DNA from: an uncultured Gammaproteobacteria bacterium
Lineage (GTDB): Bacteria; Pseudomonadota; Gammaproteobacteria; GCF-002020875
Direction of reading: 5' to 3'
Assembly (NCBI GenBank): GCA_963981015.1
Contig: CAXCCG010000005.1
Span: 726-64,725, forward strand
Length of the DNA: 64,000 nucleotides
Made by a program: the position numbers and the translations under genes. This document shows, piece by piece, positions 22,861-34,296 of the stretch; the stretch's first letter is position 1; each line of letters begins with the position of its first letter. The notes beneath the pieces were generated by a model, which worked only from the letters and a program-made list of their open reading frames with translations, made no database searches and was not told where the DNA came from.

Positions 22861-23166
22861 ATGGCAAAGACCTCTATGATTCAGCGCGAATTACGCCGCG
22901 AGAAACTGGTTAAGAAGTACGCGGCAAAACGTGCAGAGCTGAAGAGCACGATGATCAACGCGGATGTTACTGCAGAAGAGAGAGCAGCAGCACGTCGTAA
23001 GTTCAATATGTTACCGAGAGACTCTAGCTCGTCACGTCTGCATAATCGCTGTAATCTGACGGGACGTCCACACGGATACTATAGAAAGTTCGGGCTCAGC
23101 CGTAATAAGTTGCGTGAAGCAACCATGCGCGGTGATGTGCCAGGATTGAGAAAGGCTAGCTGGTAA
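22861..23166 (+). CDS. rpsN: 30S ribosomal protein S14 (long form without the CxxC zinc motif)
   Basis: 101 aa: [20 protein letters not shown]...[24 protein letters not shown]...ASW. Confidence 0.98.
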   Translation: MAKTSMIQRELRREKLVKKYAAKRAELKSTMINADVTAEERAAARRKFNMLPRDSSSSRLHNRCNLTGRPHGYYRKFGLSRNKLREATMRGDVPGLRKASW

Positions 23167-23232
23167 GCCAGAGCCTCAAGATTGATTACAAGTTAATTCA
23201 TTACAAACAGATATGTTTTTGGAAAAGTAAAG

Positions 23233-23628
23233 ATGAGTATGCAAGACCCAATCGCGGATATGCTAACCCGCATCCGCAATGCGCTGGCAGTTGAGAAACA
23301 AGTGGTAGCAATGCCCTCTTCTCGCATTAAAACTGCAATTGCAAATGTAATGAAAGAGGAAGGCTATATCTCTGATTTCTCTGTTGCTGAGGCAGGAGGC
23401 AAGGCTGAGTTGAAGATTGAACTCAAATACTTCCAGGGACGCCCTGTCATTGAGATGATGAAACGCGTAAGCCGCCCCGGTTTGCGTACCTATAAAGGTA
23501 AAGGTGAGCTACCGTCGGTCAATAACGGACTGGGTATCGCTATCATCTCTACACCGAATGGTCTGATGACAGATCGAGCAGCGAAATCTGCTGGTGTAGG
23601 CGGTGAAGTCATCTGTTACGTCTATTAA
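23233..23628 (+). CDS. rpsH: 30S ribosomal protein S8
   Basis: [17 protein letters not shown] is the canonical S8 N terminus. Confidence 0.98.
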   Translation: MSMQDPIADMLTRIRNALAVEKQVVAMPSSRIKTAIANVMKEEGYISDFSVAEAGGKAELKIELKYFQGRPVIEMMKRVSRPGLRTYKGKGELPSVNNGLGIAIISTPNGLMTDRAAKSAGVGGEVICYVY

Positions 23629-23659
23629 TCTAACTAGTTGCTGAGTTCAGGAAAGTAAA

Positions 23660-24190
23660 ATGTCTAGAGTTGCAAAAGCTCCTGTTGAGATCCCTGCTGG
23701 TGTAGATATCTCTGTAAACGGGCAAAAAATTCAGATCAAGGGTGCGAATGGTAACTTTGATTATCAGGTACATGAAACAGTTGCTGTAGAAGTTGAAGGC
23801 AATCAGGTTCGTGTCGCACCTAAAGGTGGAAAAGAGACCATTGCAATGGCAGGTACCATGCGTGCGCTGATCAACAATATGGTGGTTGGAGTAACCCAGG
23901 GGTTTGAGAAGAAATTGACACTGATTGGTGTTGGTTATCGTGCAAAATCGGCAGGTAAAAGCTTGGAGTTAACACTCGGCTTCTCACATCCTGTAAACTA
24001 CGCGATCCCTGACGGGATCACCATTGAAACCCCATCTACGACAGAGGTGGTTGTTAAAGGTGCAGACAAACAGAAAGTGGGTCAGGTTGCGGCCGAAATT
24101 CGTGCCTATCGCCCACCAGAGCCTTATAAAGGCAAGGGTGTTCGCTATACGGACGAGTATGTGATCCGTAAAGAAGCGAAGAAGAAATAG
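23660..24190 (+). CDS. rplF: 50S ribosomal protein L6
   Basis: [22 protein letters not shown]...[14 protein letters not shown]. Confidence 0.98.
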   Translation: MSRVAKAPVEIPAGVDISVNGQKIQIKGANGNFDYQVHETVAVEVEGNQVRVAPKGGKETIAMAGTMRALINNMVVGVTQGFEKKLTLIGVGYRAKSAGKSLELTLGFSHPVNYAIPDGITIETPSTTEVVVKGADKQKVGQVAAEIRAYRPPEPYKGKGVRYTDEYVIRKEAKKK

Positions 24191-24244
24191 TCGAAAAAAG
24201 TGTAATTGTATTTGTGATACCTGGATTGGTTATAGGATTGTTCA

Positions 24245-24592
24245 ATGGATAAGAAGCAGAGTCGTCAACGTCGCGCTAGACGTACACGAGCAAAGATCAG
24301 AGAGTTGGGTGTGCCACGTTTAACTGTGCACCGTACTCCAAGTCACATCTATGCACAGGTGATTGATAGTGATGCAAAGGTTGTTGCAAGTGCATCCAGT
24401 GTACTTGCTGAAGTGCGTGCAGCAGGGGCAACAGGTAATGTTACTACAGCCATGACTGTCGGTAAGATGATCGCAGAGCGTACAAAAGAGGCCGGGATTA
24501 CCCGTGTTGCTTTTGACCGTTCAGGCTTTAAATATCATGGTCGTGTTCAGGCGCTGGCAGATGCAGCCCGTGAGAACGGCCTCGAGTTTTAA
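24245..24592 (+). CDS. rplR: 50S ribosomal protein L18
   Basis: 115 aa: [17 protein letters not shown]...[28 protein letters not shown]. Confidence 0.98.
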   Translation: MDKKQSRQRRARRTRAKIRELGVPRLTVHRTPSHIYAQVIDSDAKVVASASSVLAEVRAAGATGNVTTAMTVGKMIAERTKEAGITRVAFDRSGFKYHGRVQALADAARENGLEF

Positions 24593-24643
24593 TCGCGTCT
24601 ACCCTCAAAATAGATCGCTGAGAGAAGAATTAGGAAATCGAAG

Positions 24644-25153
24644 ATGGCTGAGAAACAGTTCAAAAAAGATAATGACGATGACATGCTGGAGAAGCTGGTT
24701 GCTGTCAACCGTGTAGCAAAAACCGTTAAAGGTGGTCGTATTTTCTCATTCACTGCACTGACTGTCGTGGGTGACGGAAACGGTAAAATTGGCTTTGGTT
24801 ATGGCAAGGCACGTGAAGTCCCTTTGGCCATTCAAAAGGCTATGGAGCGTGCGCGACGTAATATCAAAAGCGTCAGCCTGAACGGTGGAACTCTGCAATA
24901 CCCAATCCGTGCTCGTCATGGTGCCGCAGATATTTATATGCAACCCGCATCTGAAGGTACGGGTATTATTGCAGGTGGTGCGATGCGTGCTGTTTTTGAG
25001 GTTGTTGGTGTGCACAATGTACTGGCAAAACGTAATGGCTCATCCAATCCAATCAATGTAGTTCGCGCAACAATCAAGGGGCTGACAGATATGAATAGCC
25101 CGGAGCAAATTGCTGCGAAGCGTGGAAAAACGGTCGAAGAGATTCTAGGGTAA
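24644..25153 (+). CDS. rpsE: 30S ribosomal protein S5
   Basis: 169 aa: [43 protein letters not shown]. Confidence 0.98.
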   Translation: MAEKQFKKDNDDDMLEKLVAVNRVAKTVKGGRIFSFTALTVVGDGNGKIGFGYGKAREVPLAIQKAMERARRNIKSVSLNGGTLQYPIRARHGAADIYMQPASEGTGIIAGGAMRAVFEVVGVHNVLAKRNGSSNPINVVRATIKGLTDMNSPEQIAAKRGKTVEEILG

Positions 25154-25159
25154 ATCGTT

Positions 25160-25342
25160 ATGGCAGATAATAAAATTACTTTGACACTGGTCAAAAGTCT
25201 GATCGGTCGTCTACCAGCACATAAAGCGTGTGCTGCAGGTCTAGGAATTCGTCGTATGCACCAGACTGTTTCAGTCATTGATACGCCTGAAAACCGTGGA
25301 ATGATTAACAAAATCAGCTATATGCTGAAGGTGGAGGACTAA
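25160..25342 (+). CDS. rpmD: 50S ribosomal protein L30
   Basis: 60 aa: [33 protein letters not shown]. Confidence 0.97.
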   Translation: MADNKITLTLVKSLIGRLPAHKACAAGLGIRRMHQTVSVIDTPENRGMINKISYMLKVED

Positions 25343-25344
25343 TC

Positions 25345-25776
25345 ATGCGTATCAATACAATCAAACCTGCAGAAGGTTCGAAAAAGACAGCCAAACGCGT
25401 GGGACGTGGTATTGGTTCAGGCCTGGGTAAAACCTGTGGTCGCGGTCATAAAGGTCAAAAATCACGTTCAGGTGGCTACAACAAGGTCGGGTTCGAGGGT
25501 GGTCAGCAACCACTGCAACGTCGCTTGCCTAAGGTTGGCTTCTCTTCTCGAAAGGCTCGTTTTGTTGCTGAAGTACGTCTGCATGAGCTGGAAAAATGTG
25601 GTGAGACTGTAGACCTGTTATCACTAAAAGCGGCGAATATCATCAACCAAGACATCAAACGCGCTAAGGTGATTGCCTCAGGCGAGATCACAAAAGCAGT
25701 TTCCGTTATTGGTTTGGGTGTTACGCCAGGTGCCCGTGCTGCAATTGAAGCTGCCGGCGGTAAGATTGAAGAGTAG
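25345..25776 (+). CDS. rplO: 50S ribosomal protein L15
   Basis: 143 aa: [28 protein letters not shown]. Confidence 0.98.
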   Translation: MRINTIKPAEGSKKTAKRVGRGIGSGLGKTCGRGHKGQKSRSGGYNKVGFEGGQQPLQRRLPKVGFSSRKARFVAEVRLHELEKCGETVDLLSLKAANIINQDIKRAKVIASGEITKAVSVIGLGVTPGARAAIEAAGGKIEE

Positions 25777-25817
25777 TGCTCTGCACACTTTTTGATTAGA
25801 GAGAGTAATTCAAGATT

Positions 25818-27158
25818 ATGGCAAGATCAGCACCCGCGATGGGACCTGGAGCAGATAAGCTCGCAGAGTTAAAATCTCGTTTGTGGTTTGTGTTTGGCGC
25901 AATCGTCGTCTATCGAATGGGGGCGCACGTACCGGTGCCGGGCATTAATCCTGTGGCACTACAGGCGATGTTTGACGCACAGTCTGGAACTATTCTGGAT
26001 ATGTTCAACATGTTCTCGGGTGGTGCATTGATGCGACTGAGCCTCTTTGCTTTGGGGGTGATGCCTTACATTTCAGCTTCTATCATCATGAATTTGCTGA
26101 CGGTAACCTCTCCTAAACTGGAACAGTTGAAGAAAGAGGGGCAGGCAGGACGTCGTAAAATTACCCAATATACCCGGTATGGTACGTTGGTACTGGCAAC
26201 ATTCCAGGCTTTGGGGATTTCTATTGCATTGGAATCGCAGTCAGCAGGTGGGATGAATGTAGTGATCGATCCTGGGCTGGGTTTTCGTTTTGTTGCAGTG
26301 ACTACGTTGGTGACAGGAACGATGTTTCTGATGTGGTTAGGAGAACAGATTTCAGAGCGCGGTATTGGTAACGGTATTTCATTGATCATCTTTGCTGGTA
26401 TTGTTGCGGGTCTGCCTTCTGCGGTTGGCGGCACCATGGAGTTGGCCAGAACCGGTGAGATGCACTCTATTACCGTGTTGGCACTGTTTGTTGGTGCGAT
26501 TTTAGTGACATCATTCGTGGTTTTTGTTGAGCGTGGACAGCGTCGAATTACGGTGACCTATGCTAAACAGCAGCGTGGAAACCGAATGTATGCAGGGCAG
26601 AACAGCCATTTACCTCTGAAGGTGAACATGGCTGGTGTAATTCCACCTATTTTTGCATCCAGTATTATTCTTTTTCCTGCAACAATGGGAAGCTGGTTTG
26701 GTAGTGGTGAAGGAATGGAGTGGATGAAGGATCTGGCGACAACGCTGTCTCCGGGGCAGCCACTCTATGTTGCCTTCTATGCCGTAGCAATTATTTTCTT
26801 CTGTTTCTTCTATACCGCACTGGTATTCAACCCTAAAGAGACAGCAGATAATTTGAGAAAATCTGGTGCATTTATCCCAGGGATACGCCCAGGTCAGCAG
26901 ACCGCGAAGTACATCGATAAAGTGATGACTCGCTTGACACTTATTGGTGCTGGTTACATTACCGCTGTGAGCCTGCTGCCAGAATTTTTGATTATTAAGT
27001 GGAATGTCCCCTTCTATTTTGGCGGCACCTCACTGTTGATTATTGTTGTTGTTATTATGGATTTTATCTCTCAGGTTCAATCTCATCTCCTCTCTCATCA
27101 ATATGATGGGTTGATGAAAAAGGCGAATCTGAAGGGGTATGGTCGTAGTGGTATTTAA
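25818..27158 (+). CDS. secY: Preprotein translocase subunit SecY
   Basis: 446-aa polytopic membrane protein. It contains [27 protein letters not shown] and [23 protein letters not shown], and occupies the spc operon position. Confidence 0.99.
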   Translation: MARSAPAMGPGADKLAELKSRLWFVFGAIVVYRMGAHVPVPGINPVALQAMFDAQSGTILDMFNMFSGGALMRLSLFALGVMPYISASIIMNLLTVTSPKLEQLKKEGQAGRRKITQYTRYGTLVLATFQALGISIALESQSAGGMNVVIDPGLGFRFVAVTTLVTGTMFLMWLGEQISERGIGNGISLIIFAGIVAGLPSAVGGTMELARTGEMHSITVLALFVGAILVTSFVVFVERGQRRITVTYAKQQRGNRMYAGQNSHLPLKVNMAGVIPPIFASSIILFPATMGSWFGSGEGMEWMKDLATTLSPGQPLYVAFYAVAIIFFCFFYTALVFNPKETADNLRKSGAFIPGIRPGQQTAKYIDKVMTRLTLIGAGYITAVSLLPEFLIIKWNVPFYFGGTSLLIIVVVIMDFISQVQSHLLSHQYDGLMKKANLKGYGRSGI

Positions 27159-27202
27159 CCCTCTGCGGTTTGGAAGTTATAGAGTAGTTTTGGAGTATTA
27201 AG

Positions 27203-27319
27203 ATGAAAGTTCGTGCGTCAGTTAAAAAAATGTGTCAGCACTGCAAGGTGATTCGCCGTAATGGTGTTGTTCGTGTAATTTGTAGCAAAGACCCTAAGCA
27301 TAAACAGCGCCAAGGGTAA
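27203..27319 (+). CDS. rpmJ: 50S ribosomal protein L36 (zinc-ribbon CxxC...C...H form)
   Basis: Not in the ORF track because it is under 60 aa. I translated it by hand as [38 protein letters not shown], with a TAA stop at 27317-27319. The RBS tggag lies at 27191-27195. The position after secY is canonical. Confidence 0.95.
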   Translation: MKVRASVKKMCQHCKVIRRNGVVRVICSKDPKHKQRQG

Positions 27320-27431
27320 TCGCGAATTTTTATTATTGATTTTTGTATAGAGTGTAGGTATCCTTGCCGGCTTTCCGTGCCATGTGCGGTGTAGCTTTAA
27401 AGCAATAGGGACCAGTTAGGAGAAGAGCCAG

Positions 27432-27788
27432 ATGGCACGAATTGCGGGTGTAAATGTACCTGATAACAAACATGCTTGGGTAGCACTGACTTCGATTTAC
27501 GGAATCGGAAGAACGAGTGCATATAGTATCTGTGCGGCAGCCGGAGTGGATGCAGCAACTAAGATACGTGACCTTGAAGACAATCAGATTGAGATCATCC
27601 GTGGTGAGGTGGCTAAGTTCACTGTAGAGGGTGATTTGAGGCGTGAAGTCTCAATGAATATCAAACGTCTGATGGATCTGGGCACAAATCGAGGTATTCG
27701 TCACCGTCGTGGGCTTCCAGTCCGGGGACAGAATACTAAAAATAATGCACGTACGCGTAAAGGCCCTAAAAAGGCTATCAAACGCTAA
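27432..27788 (+). CDS. rpsM: 30S ribosomal protein S13
   Basis: [30 protein letters not shown]. Confidence 0.98.
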   Translation: MARIAGVNVPDNKHAWVALTSIYGIGRTSAYSICAAAGVDAATKIRDLEDNQIEIIRGEVAKFTVEGDLRREVSMNIKRLMDLGTNRGIRHRRGLPVRGQNTKNNARTRKGPKKAIKR

Positions 27789-27833
27789 GTGTAAATTAGT
27801 TAAAGTTTAATTTTATATAGGTTTCATAGTTCT

Positions 27834-28223
27834 ATGGCAAAGGCATCTGCTTCAAAGCGTAAGAAGGTGAAAAAGAACATCCCTGAGGGGATCGTTCACG
27901 TTCACGCGACTTTTAATAATACGATTATTACCATTACTGACCGCAAGGGCGATACCCTCTGCTGGGCAACTTCTGGTGGTAGTGGTTTCCGTGGTTCTCG
28001 CAAGAGCACACCATTCGCTGCGCAGGTTGCTGCAGAGCGAGCGGGTGTTCAGGCTCAGGAGTACGGCTTGAAATCTGTTGATGTTCGCATTAAAGGGCCT
28101 GGGCCTGGTCGTGAGTCATCTGTTCGTGCATTGAATAACATTGGTATTCGCATCAACAGCATCACTGATGTAACTCCATTGCCTCACAATGGCTGTCGTC
28201 CACCAAAGAAACGCCGCGTTTAA
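27834..28223 (+). CDS. rpsK: 30S ribosomal protein S11
   Basis: 129 aa: [46 protein letters not shown]. Confidence 0.98.
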   Translation: MAKASASKRKKVKKNIPEGIVHVHATFNNTIITITDRKGDTLCWATSGGSGFRGSRKSTPFAAQVAAERAGVQAQEYGLKSVDVRIKGPGPGRESSVRALNNIGIRINSITDVTPLPHNGCRPPKKRRV

Positions 28224-28253
28224 CGGTAATAAGTAATCTAGGAGAATATTACT

Positions 28254-28883
28254 GTGGCTAAATATACAGGACCTAAATGTAAACTTTCCCGTCGTGAGGG
28301 AACAGATCTTGGACTTAAGAGCGGACTGCGTGCTCTGGAGACCAAATGTAAACCAGATCAGTTGCCTGGTCAGCATGGTGCTGGAGCGCGTGCTCCACGT
28401 ATGTCTGATTATGCACTTCAGTTACGTGAGAAACAGAAAGTACGTCGTATCTACGGCTTGTTAGAAAAACAGTTCCGTAGCTACTACAAAGAGGCGGCAC
28501 GCCGCAAAGGGTCAACGGGTGAAAACCTGTTACAGATTCTGGAGTGCCGACTAGATAATGTTGTCTACCGTATGGGATTTGGTGCAACACGTGCCGAGGC
28601 CCGTCAACTAGTCAATCATAAGTCTATTCTGGTTAACGGAAACGTGCTCAGTATCCCCTCTTACCAGCTGAAACCGAGTGATACAGTTTCAGTACGTGAG
28701 AAGGCGAAAAAGCAGGAGCGTATTAAAATGGCGCTGCAATTAGCACCACAAACACGCGAAGATGCAGAGTGGATTGATGTCAATTCAGAGAAGATGGAAG
28801 GTGTCTATAAGAGCATTCCTGAGCGTTCTGACCTCTCATCAGAGATTAATGAGCATCTGATTGTAGAGCTCTACTCTAAATAA
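28254..28883 (+). CDS. rpsD: 30S ribosomal protein S4
   Basis: GTG start with aggag at 28240-28244. The translation is [18 protein letters not shown]...[13 protein letters not shown]. Confidence 0.98.
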   Translation: MAKYTGPKCKLSRREGTDLGLKSGLRALETKCKPDQLPGQHGAGARAPRMSDYALQLREKQKVRRIYGLLEKQFRSYYKEAARRKGSTGENLLQILECRLDNVVYRMGFGATRAEARQLVNHKSILVNGNVLSIPSYQLKPSDTVSVREKAKKQERIKMALQLAPQTREDAEWIDVNSEKMEGVYKSIPERSDLSSEINEHLIVELYSK

Positions 28884-28946
28884 ACACTAGAGTGGTCCTT
28901 CCACTCCTTTATAGACTGCTATTGAAAGCCTGAGGTTCGATACGAG

Positions 28947-29945
28947 ATGCAAGGTTCAGTAAAAGAATTTTTAATGCCAAAGTTGGCCAATATCAAGAAT
29001 ATTGACACCAACCATATTCAGGTTGCCATTGAGCCACTTGAGCGTGGTTTTGGACACACGATTGGAAACGCGTTACGCCGTATTCTGCTCTCTTCTATGC
29101 ATGGTAGTGCAATTACAGAGGTGACTATTGATGGCGTAAGTCATGAGTACTCTGCAATTGAAGGTGTGCAGGAAGATGTGATTGATATTTTGCTCAACCT
29201 GAAAGGGGTTGCGATCAGAATGAACGCTCATGCTGAAGCAGAGCTTAACCTGAAGAGCAACGGTAGTGGTGTAGTTGTCGCTGGTGATATTACAGGTGAT
29301 GATGTTGAAATTATCAATCCTGAGCATGTGATTGCGAATGTTACAGATGCAAGTGTAACACTGAACATGAAACTTAAAGTCTCTACCGGTCGCGGCTATC
29401 AGCCATCATCTGAACGCGATGCTGATGAGGATGGAGGTACCATTGGTACACTGCGCCTTGATGCTTCATTCAGTCCAATTAGCCGTGTCAGTTACAGTGT
29501 TGAGGCCGCACGTCTCAAACAGCGTACTGACCTTGATCGCCTAATCATTGATCTACAGACCAATGGTACGATTGATCCAGAAGAGGCGATTCGTCGTGCA
29601 GCGAGTATTCTTCAAACCCAATTAGGGGCATTTGTTGAGTTGCATACAGAAGAGCTCCAGGTGGTTGCAGCTGAGTCTGAGCCGGAAGTAGATCCGGTAC
29701 TGTTGCGTCCAGTGGACGATCTGGAACTTACAGTTCGTTCTGCAAACTGTCTGAAAGCAGAGGCTATTATGTATATTGGTGACCTGATTCAGCGCACTGA
29801 AACAGAGTTACTGCGTACACCGAATTTGGGTAAAAAATCCCTCAATGAGATCAAAGATGTATTAGCATCACGCGGTCTCTCTCTGGGGATTCGCCTGGAG
29901 AACTGGCCACCAGCCAGTATCCGTGAAGGCAAGCAGTCTGCGTAA
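28947..29945 (+). CDS. rpoA: DNA-directed RNA polymerase subunit alpha
   Basis: 332 aa. [13 protein letters not shown]...[20 protein letters not shown]...[16 protein letters not shown] aligns end to end with E. coli RpoA. Confidence 0.99.
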   Translation: MQGSVKEFLMPKLANIKNIDTNHIQVAIEPLERGFGHTIGNALRRILLSSMHGSAITEVTIDGVSHEYSAIEGVQEDVIDILLNLKGVAIRMNAHAEAELNLKSNGSGVVVAGDITGDDVEIINPEHVIANVTDASVTLNMKLKVSTGRGYQPSSERDADEDGGTIGTLRLDASFSPISRVSYSVEAARLKQRTDLDRLIIDLQTNGTIDPEEAIRRAASILQTQLGAFVELHTEELQVVAAESEPEVDPVLLRPVDDLELTVRSANCLKAEAIMYIGDLIQRTETELLRTPNLGKKSLNEIKDVLASRGLSLGIRLENWPPASIREGKQSA

Positions 29946-29990
29946 CCTTACGTATATTGAAGATCACAGAAATAGATAACGGAAAAGATC

Positions 29991-30395
29991 ATGCGTCATC
30001 GTCATAGTGGAAGACAATTAAACCGTAACAGCAGCCATCGTAAGGCTATGTTCCGTAATATGAGCAACTCGCTGTTTCAACACGAGTTAATTCGTACCAC
30101 CTTGCCAAAGGCCAAGGAGCTGCGTCGCTTTGCTGAACCACTGATTACCCTCTCCAAGACAGACAGTGTTGCCAACCGTCGTCTTGCATTTAACCGTATG
30201 CGAGACCGTGATATGGTCACCAAACTCTTTAACGAGCTGGGACCACGTTATACTGAACGTCCTGGAGGCTATGTACGTATCCTTAAAGCGGGCTTTCGTG
30301 CAGGAGACAAAGCGCCGATGGCACTGGTTGAACTTGTAGATCGCCCTATTCCGGATATTGACGAGGATGATTTCGAGAGTGATGCAGAGGAGTAG
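29991..30395 (+). CDS. rplQ: 50S ribosomal protein L17
   Basis: [24 protein letters not shown], with an acidic C-terminal tail. It is the last gene of the alpha operon. Confidence 0.98.
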   Translation: MRHRHSGRQLNRNSSHRKAMFRNMSNSLFQHELIRTTLPKAKELRRFAEPLITLSKTDSVANRRLAFNRMRDRDMVTKLFNELGPRYTERPGGYVRILKAGFRAGDKAPMALVELVDRPIPDIDEDDFESDAEE

Positions 30396-30420
30396 ACCGC
30401 AAAACTAATTCGAATTAAAA

Positions 30421-30447
30421 AGGCCGGGCTCTGCTCCGGCTTTTTTT
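30421..30447 (+). terminator. Intrinsic terminator ending the ribosomal supercluster
   Basis: The stem pairs gccgg (30423-30427) with ccggc (30436-30440), flanked by an upstream A-tract. T7 follows at 30441-30447. Confidence 0.8.
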
Positions 30448-30638
30448 ATTGTCCCTAGCAATAGAGGGTCTGTACTCATCGTAAGCTCTGGCAGAAAAAT
30501 TCCTCCAATCAAGATACAGGTTGAAACTATCAATACTATTGTGACTCCTGATTGTTATGGAACCTCTGAACAAGTCTGGGTTCAGGGGTTACTGGTGTAG
30601 TTAAAGGTGTTTTCGACAGTGCTGAAGGAGTTTGGCTC

Positions 30639-31367
30639 GTGATCTTAACAGTGACAGATTTTGGGGTCGGGAGCCCTTATCTTGGGCACATGCGCTCTGC
30701 ACTGAACCAATCAGGGGCTGATTGTGAAGTCATTGATCTGGTAGCAGACTTGCCCCCCTATTCGGTTCCTGCAGCAGCCCACTTTCTCGCAAGTCAGGTT
30801 CGATATTTTCCCAAAGGGGCTCTTTTTCTTGTAGTGATTGATCCGGGGGTAGGGAGTGAACGACTCCCTCTTGTGCTTCACGCAGATGGTCAATGGTTTG
30901 TAGGGCCTGATAATGGAGTGTTGGATGTCGTTGCTGCGCGTGCTCAACAGTTTCAATGCTATCGAATTAACTGGAACCCCTCCACACTCTCTGCAACCTT
31001 TCATGGACGAGATCTGTTTGCACCTGTTGCAGCCAGAGTGGTCTCTCAGCGGCTTCAGAAAGGTGAACTCTCAAGGCTGGAGTGGCATCCTGAAGAGGGT
31101 GCTGCAGCAGACCTCAGTCAACTGATCTATATTGATCACTATGGCAATGGGTTCAGCGGGATCCGGGCATCTTCAGTCGCAGATGATAGTACGCTGTTGT
31201 GTTGCGGAGAGCGGCTGAATAATGCGAGGACATACTCGGATCTCCCTCGAGGTGATAACTTCTGGTATGAAAATTCGGTGGGCCTTATTGAGATTGCAGC
31301 CAACCAACAAAATGCAGAGAGAATGCTTAACTTTTCGATAGGTACTACGGTTGAGATTTTAGAGTAA
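30639..31367 (+). CDS. SAM hydroxide adenosyltransferase / DUF62 (chlorinase-fluorinase superfamily)-like protein
   Basis: 242 aa from a GTG start, with AGGAG 8 nt upstream. The N-terminal [21 protein letters not shown] matches the family signature (LTDFG..D.YVG.MKG.I). Two-domain size and the later [11 protein letters not shown] motif also fit. Confidence 0.7.
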   Translation: MILTVTDFGVGSPYLGHMRSALNQSGADCEVIDLVADLPPYSVPAAAHFLASQVRYFPKGALFLVVIDPGVGSERLPLVLHADGQWFVGPDNGVLDVVAARAQQFQCYRINWNPSTLSATFHGRDLFAPVAARVVSQRLQKGELSRLEWHPEEGAAADLSQLIYIDHYGNGFSGIRASSVADDSTLLCCGERLNNARTYSDLPRGDNFWYENSVGLIEIAANQQNAERMLNFSIGTTVEILE

Positions 31368-34178
31368 CGGTTTTAAGAAAGCCCCGGTGTGCGATTGAGG
31401 ATTGAGTGCAATCTGCTCTGGTGTTCCGCTCGCAATGATCTCTCCCCCTCCTGCACCGCCCTCTGGGCCAAGGTCAATAATCCAGTCAGCTGTCTTAATG
31501 ACGTCCAGATTGTGTTCAATAACGACAATGGTATTGCCGTGGTCACGTAGTCGGTGAAGAACCCCCAGCAACTGCTCTATATCGTGGAAATGGAGTCCGG
31601 TGGTGGGTTCGTCGAGGATATAGAGGGTCTTGCCAGTATCCCGTTTGGATAGCTCACGGGATAACTTGACCCGTTGCGCCTCTCCCCCCGAGAGGGTGGT
31701 TGCATTCTGCCCCAGACGGATATAGCTGAGTCCTACATCCATCAGAGTTTGCAACTTCTTGGCGATAGCCGGTACAGGATCAAAAAAGGTTCGGGCCTCT
31801 TCGACGGTCATTTCCAGCACGTCGTTGATATTTTTTCCTTTATAGAGCACATCCAGTGTCTCTCGGTTATAGCGTTTCCCTTTGCAGACATCGCAGGAGA
31901 CGAAAATGTCTGCCAGGAAATGCATCTCGACACGGATAACCCCATCTCCCTGACACGACTCACAGCGTCCCCCTTTTACGTTAAAGGAGAAACGGCCCGG
32001 TGTATATCCACGGGCGCGAGACTCTTCTGTGCCTGAAAAAAGTTCACGAATTGGGCTGAAGAGACCGGTGTAGGTTGCAGGGTTGGATCTTGGAGTGCGA
32101 CCAATCGGACTCTGATCAATGTTGACCACTTTATCAAACAGAGCGAGCCCTTCAATGGAGGTGTAGGGGGCGGGACTCTCTTTAGCTCGATTGAGATATT
32201 GTGCGGTAGCGCGGTAGAGGGTGTCATTGATCAGCGTTGACTTTCCTGAGCCGGAGACCCCAGTAATACAGGTCATCAAACCGGCGGGGAAGCTGGCATC
32301 AACATTTTTCAGGTTATTGCCGGATGCACCAGCAATGGTAAGCTGTTTTTGTACAGAGATTGCGGTTCTCTGTTCCGGCACCTTGATGGAGCGTGCACCG
32401 GAGAGGTACTGTCCTGTCAGTGACTGCTTACTCTTCATGATCTGTTTTGGGGTTCCCTGAGCAACGATTTGTCCACCATGGGTACCCGCTCCGGGCCCTA
32501 CATCGATCACATGGTCAGCATTGTGGATGGCGTCTTCATCATGTTCGACCACGATGACCGTATTGCCCATATCACGTAATCGAATCAATGTGTTGAGCAA
32601 TCTCTGGTTGTCGCGTTGATGGAGGCCGATAGAGGGTTCATCCAGTACATACATCACCCCGACAAGTCCTGCACCAATCTGACTGGCAAGACGAATGCGT
32701 TGTGCCTCACCTCCGGACAAGGTGTCGGCACTACGTTCCAGTGATAGGTAGTTGAGTCCTACATTGACCAGAAAGCTGAGACGTTCTGAAATCTCGCGGA
32801 TAATTTTGGTGGCCACTTCACCTCGCCAACCGGGAAGTGAGAGTGTCTCAAAAAATTGTGCAGCATCACCAATAGAGAGGTGGCTGATCTCATGGAGAGG
32901 CTTGCCGGTGATATAGACATGGCGAGCCTCTTCTCGCAGTCGGCTGCCACCGCAATCCGCACAGGGGCGACTGTTGAGTAGTTTGGATAGCTCATCACGC
33001 ATACGGTTGGAATCGGTTTCACGGTAACGACGTTCAAAGTTGGGAATGATGCCTTCAAAGGGGTGCTCCTTGGTATAGGTGCTTCCCCGGCTGCCTTGAA
33101 AAGTGAATTGGATCGTCTCCTGACCTGAACCATAGAGCAACATCTCCCGGATTGAGTCAGGAAGTTGTTCAAACGGCATCTCCAGATCAAACTGATAATG
33201 TGCTGCCAATGACTGCAGGGTTTGAAAATACCAGCTGTTTCTTCGATCCCAACTGCGGATTGCACCCTCTACCAGTGGCTTCTCTGGATCAACAATGACA
33301 CGTGCTGGATCGATATACTGTTGAATGCCCAACCCCTCACAACTGGAGCAGGCACCCGCTGGATTGTTGAAAGAGAAGAGTCGTGGTTCCAGCTCGTCCA
33401 GGCTGTATCCGCAATCAGGACAACTGAAGCGTGCAGAGAAGTGGAGCAGGGTCTGTTCCGGAGCCTCAAGGGGCGCAATCAAGGCCAGTCCGTCCGAGAG
33501 TGTAATAGCGGTTTCGAGTGATTCAGCAAGGCGTTGACGGATATCGGTGCGGACTTTGAGGCGATCCACTACAATCTCAATGGTGTGTTTTCTGCGCCCG
33601 TCAATTTTTGGTAGATCATCCAGTTCGTACAATGATCCATCAATGCGTACACGCAGATAGCCATTGGCTCTCTGCTCATCCAGTAGTTGGCTATGTTCCC
33701 CCTTGCGTCCACGAACCAGCGGTGCGAGTAGAAGAATTTTACTCTCATCCGGTAGTGCAAGAATCTGGTCCACCATCTGGCTGATCGGCTGTGCCTCTAA
33801 AACGGTGTGGTGCTGAGGGCACTGCGGGGTCCCTACACGGGCATAGAGCAGGCGCAGATAATCATGGATTTCGGTTACTGTACCTACGGTGGAACGGGGA
33901 TTATGTGAGGTTGATTTCTGCTCAATTGAAATCGATGGAGAGAGTCCTTCGATATGGTCTACATCCGGCTTTTCCATCATCGATAAAAACTGCCGGGCAT
34001 AGGCAGAGAGTGACTCTACATAACGTCGTTGTCCCTCGGCATAGATCGTGTCAAATGCGAGAGAGGACTTTCCTGATCCGGAAAGTCCTGTAATTACAAT
34101 TAGTTTTTCTCGTGGTAACTCAAGATTAATGTTCTTGAGGTTGTGGGTCCGAGCTCCACGAATCAGAATTTTATCCAT
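31359..34178 (-). CDS. uvrA: Excinuclease ABC subunit A
   Basis: 939 aa starting [64 protein letters not shown]. It has two ABC ATPase modules and zinc-finger Cys clusters. Confidence 0.99.
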   Translation of the reverse strand: MDKILIRGARTHNLKNINLELPREKLIVITGLSGSGKSSLAFDTIYAEGQRRYVESLSAYARQFLSMMEKPDVDHIEGLSPSISIEQKSTSHNPRSTVGTVTEIHDYLRLLYARVGTPQCPQHHTVLEAQPISQMVDQILALPDESKILLLAPLVRGRKGEHSQLLDEQRANGYLRVRIDGSLYELDDLPKIDGRRKHTIEIVVDRLKVRTDIRQRLAESLETAITLSDGLALIAPLEAPEQTLLHFSARFSCPDCGYSLDELEPRLFSFNNPAGACSSCEGLGIQQYIDPARVIVDPEKPLVEGAIRSWDRRNSWYFQTLQSLAAHYQFDLEMPFEQLPDSIREMLLYGSGQETIQFTFQGSRGSTYTKEHPFEGIIPNFERRYRETDSNRMRDELSKLLNSRPCADCGGSRLREEARHVYITGKPLHEISHLSIGDAAQFFETLSLPGWRGEVATKIIREISERLSFLVNVGLNYLSLERSADTLSGGEAQRIRLASQIGAGLVGVMYVLDEPSIGLHQRDNQRLLNTLIRLRDMGNTVIVVEHDEDAIHNADHVIDVGPGAGTHGGQIVAQGTPKQIMKSKQSLTGQYLSGARSIKVPEQRTAISVQKQLTIAGASGNNLKNVDASFPAGLMTCITGVSGSGKSTLINDTLYRATAQYLNRAKESPAPYTSIEGLALFDKVVNIDQSPIGRTPRSNPATYTGLFSPIRELFSGTEESRARGYTPGRFSFNVKGGRCESCQGDGVIRVEMHFLADIFVSCDVCKGKRYNRETLDVLYKGKNINDVLEMTVEEARTFFDPVPAIAKKLQTLMDVGLSYIRLGQNATTLSGGEAQRVKLSRELSKRDTGKTLYILDEPTTGLHFHDIEQLLGVLHRLRDHGNTIVVIEHNLDVIKTADWIIDLGPEGGAGGGEIIASGTPEQIALNPQSHTGAFLKPLL

Positions 34179-34296
34179 TAGAAGGGTATAACATACAGGT
34201 TTCTATAAAACCTGATAATATAGCTCAAGTTTTATTCTGGCGGTGATTTTTTGTCTCGTCAGACCTGAATTTGAGAATAATAATTAGAGGTAGCTG

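Noticed and set aside
26479-26495. Sigma-54-like TGGCAC-N5-GTTGG, along with other isolated TGGCAC strings.
   Set aside because: It lies inside secY coding sequence. The -12 element is not TTGC and no enhancer-binding protein context exists.
30234-30245. boxA-like ACTCTTTAACGA inside rplQ.
   Set aside because: It lies within coding sequence (KLFNEL) at the very end of the operon and has two mismatches at conserved positions. It is most likely coincidental.
34179-34296. Possible LexA/SOS box in the uvrA-MFS divergent promoter (CTGTATGTTATACCCT on the minus strand; CTGATAATATAGCTCA on the plus strand).
   Set aside because: Only the left CTGT half matches, and the right half lacks the essential CAG. 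This does not meet CTGT-N8-ACAG.
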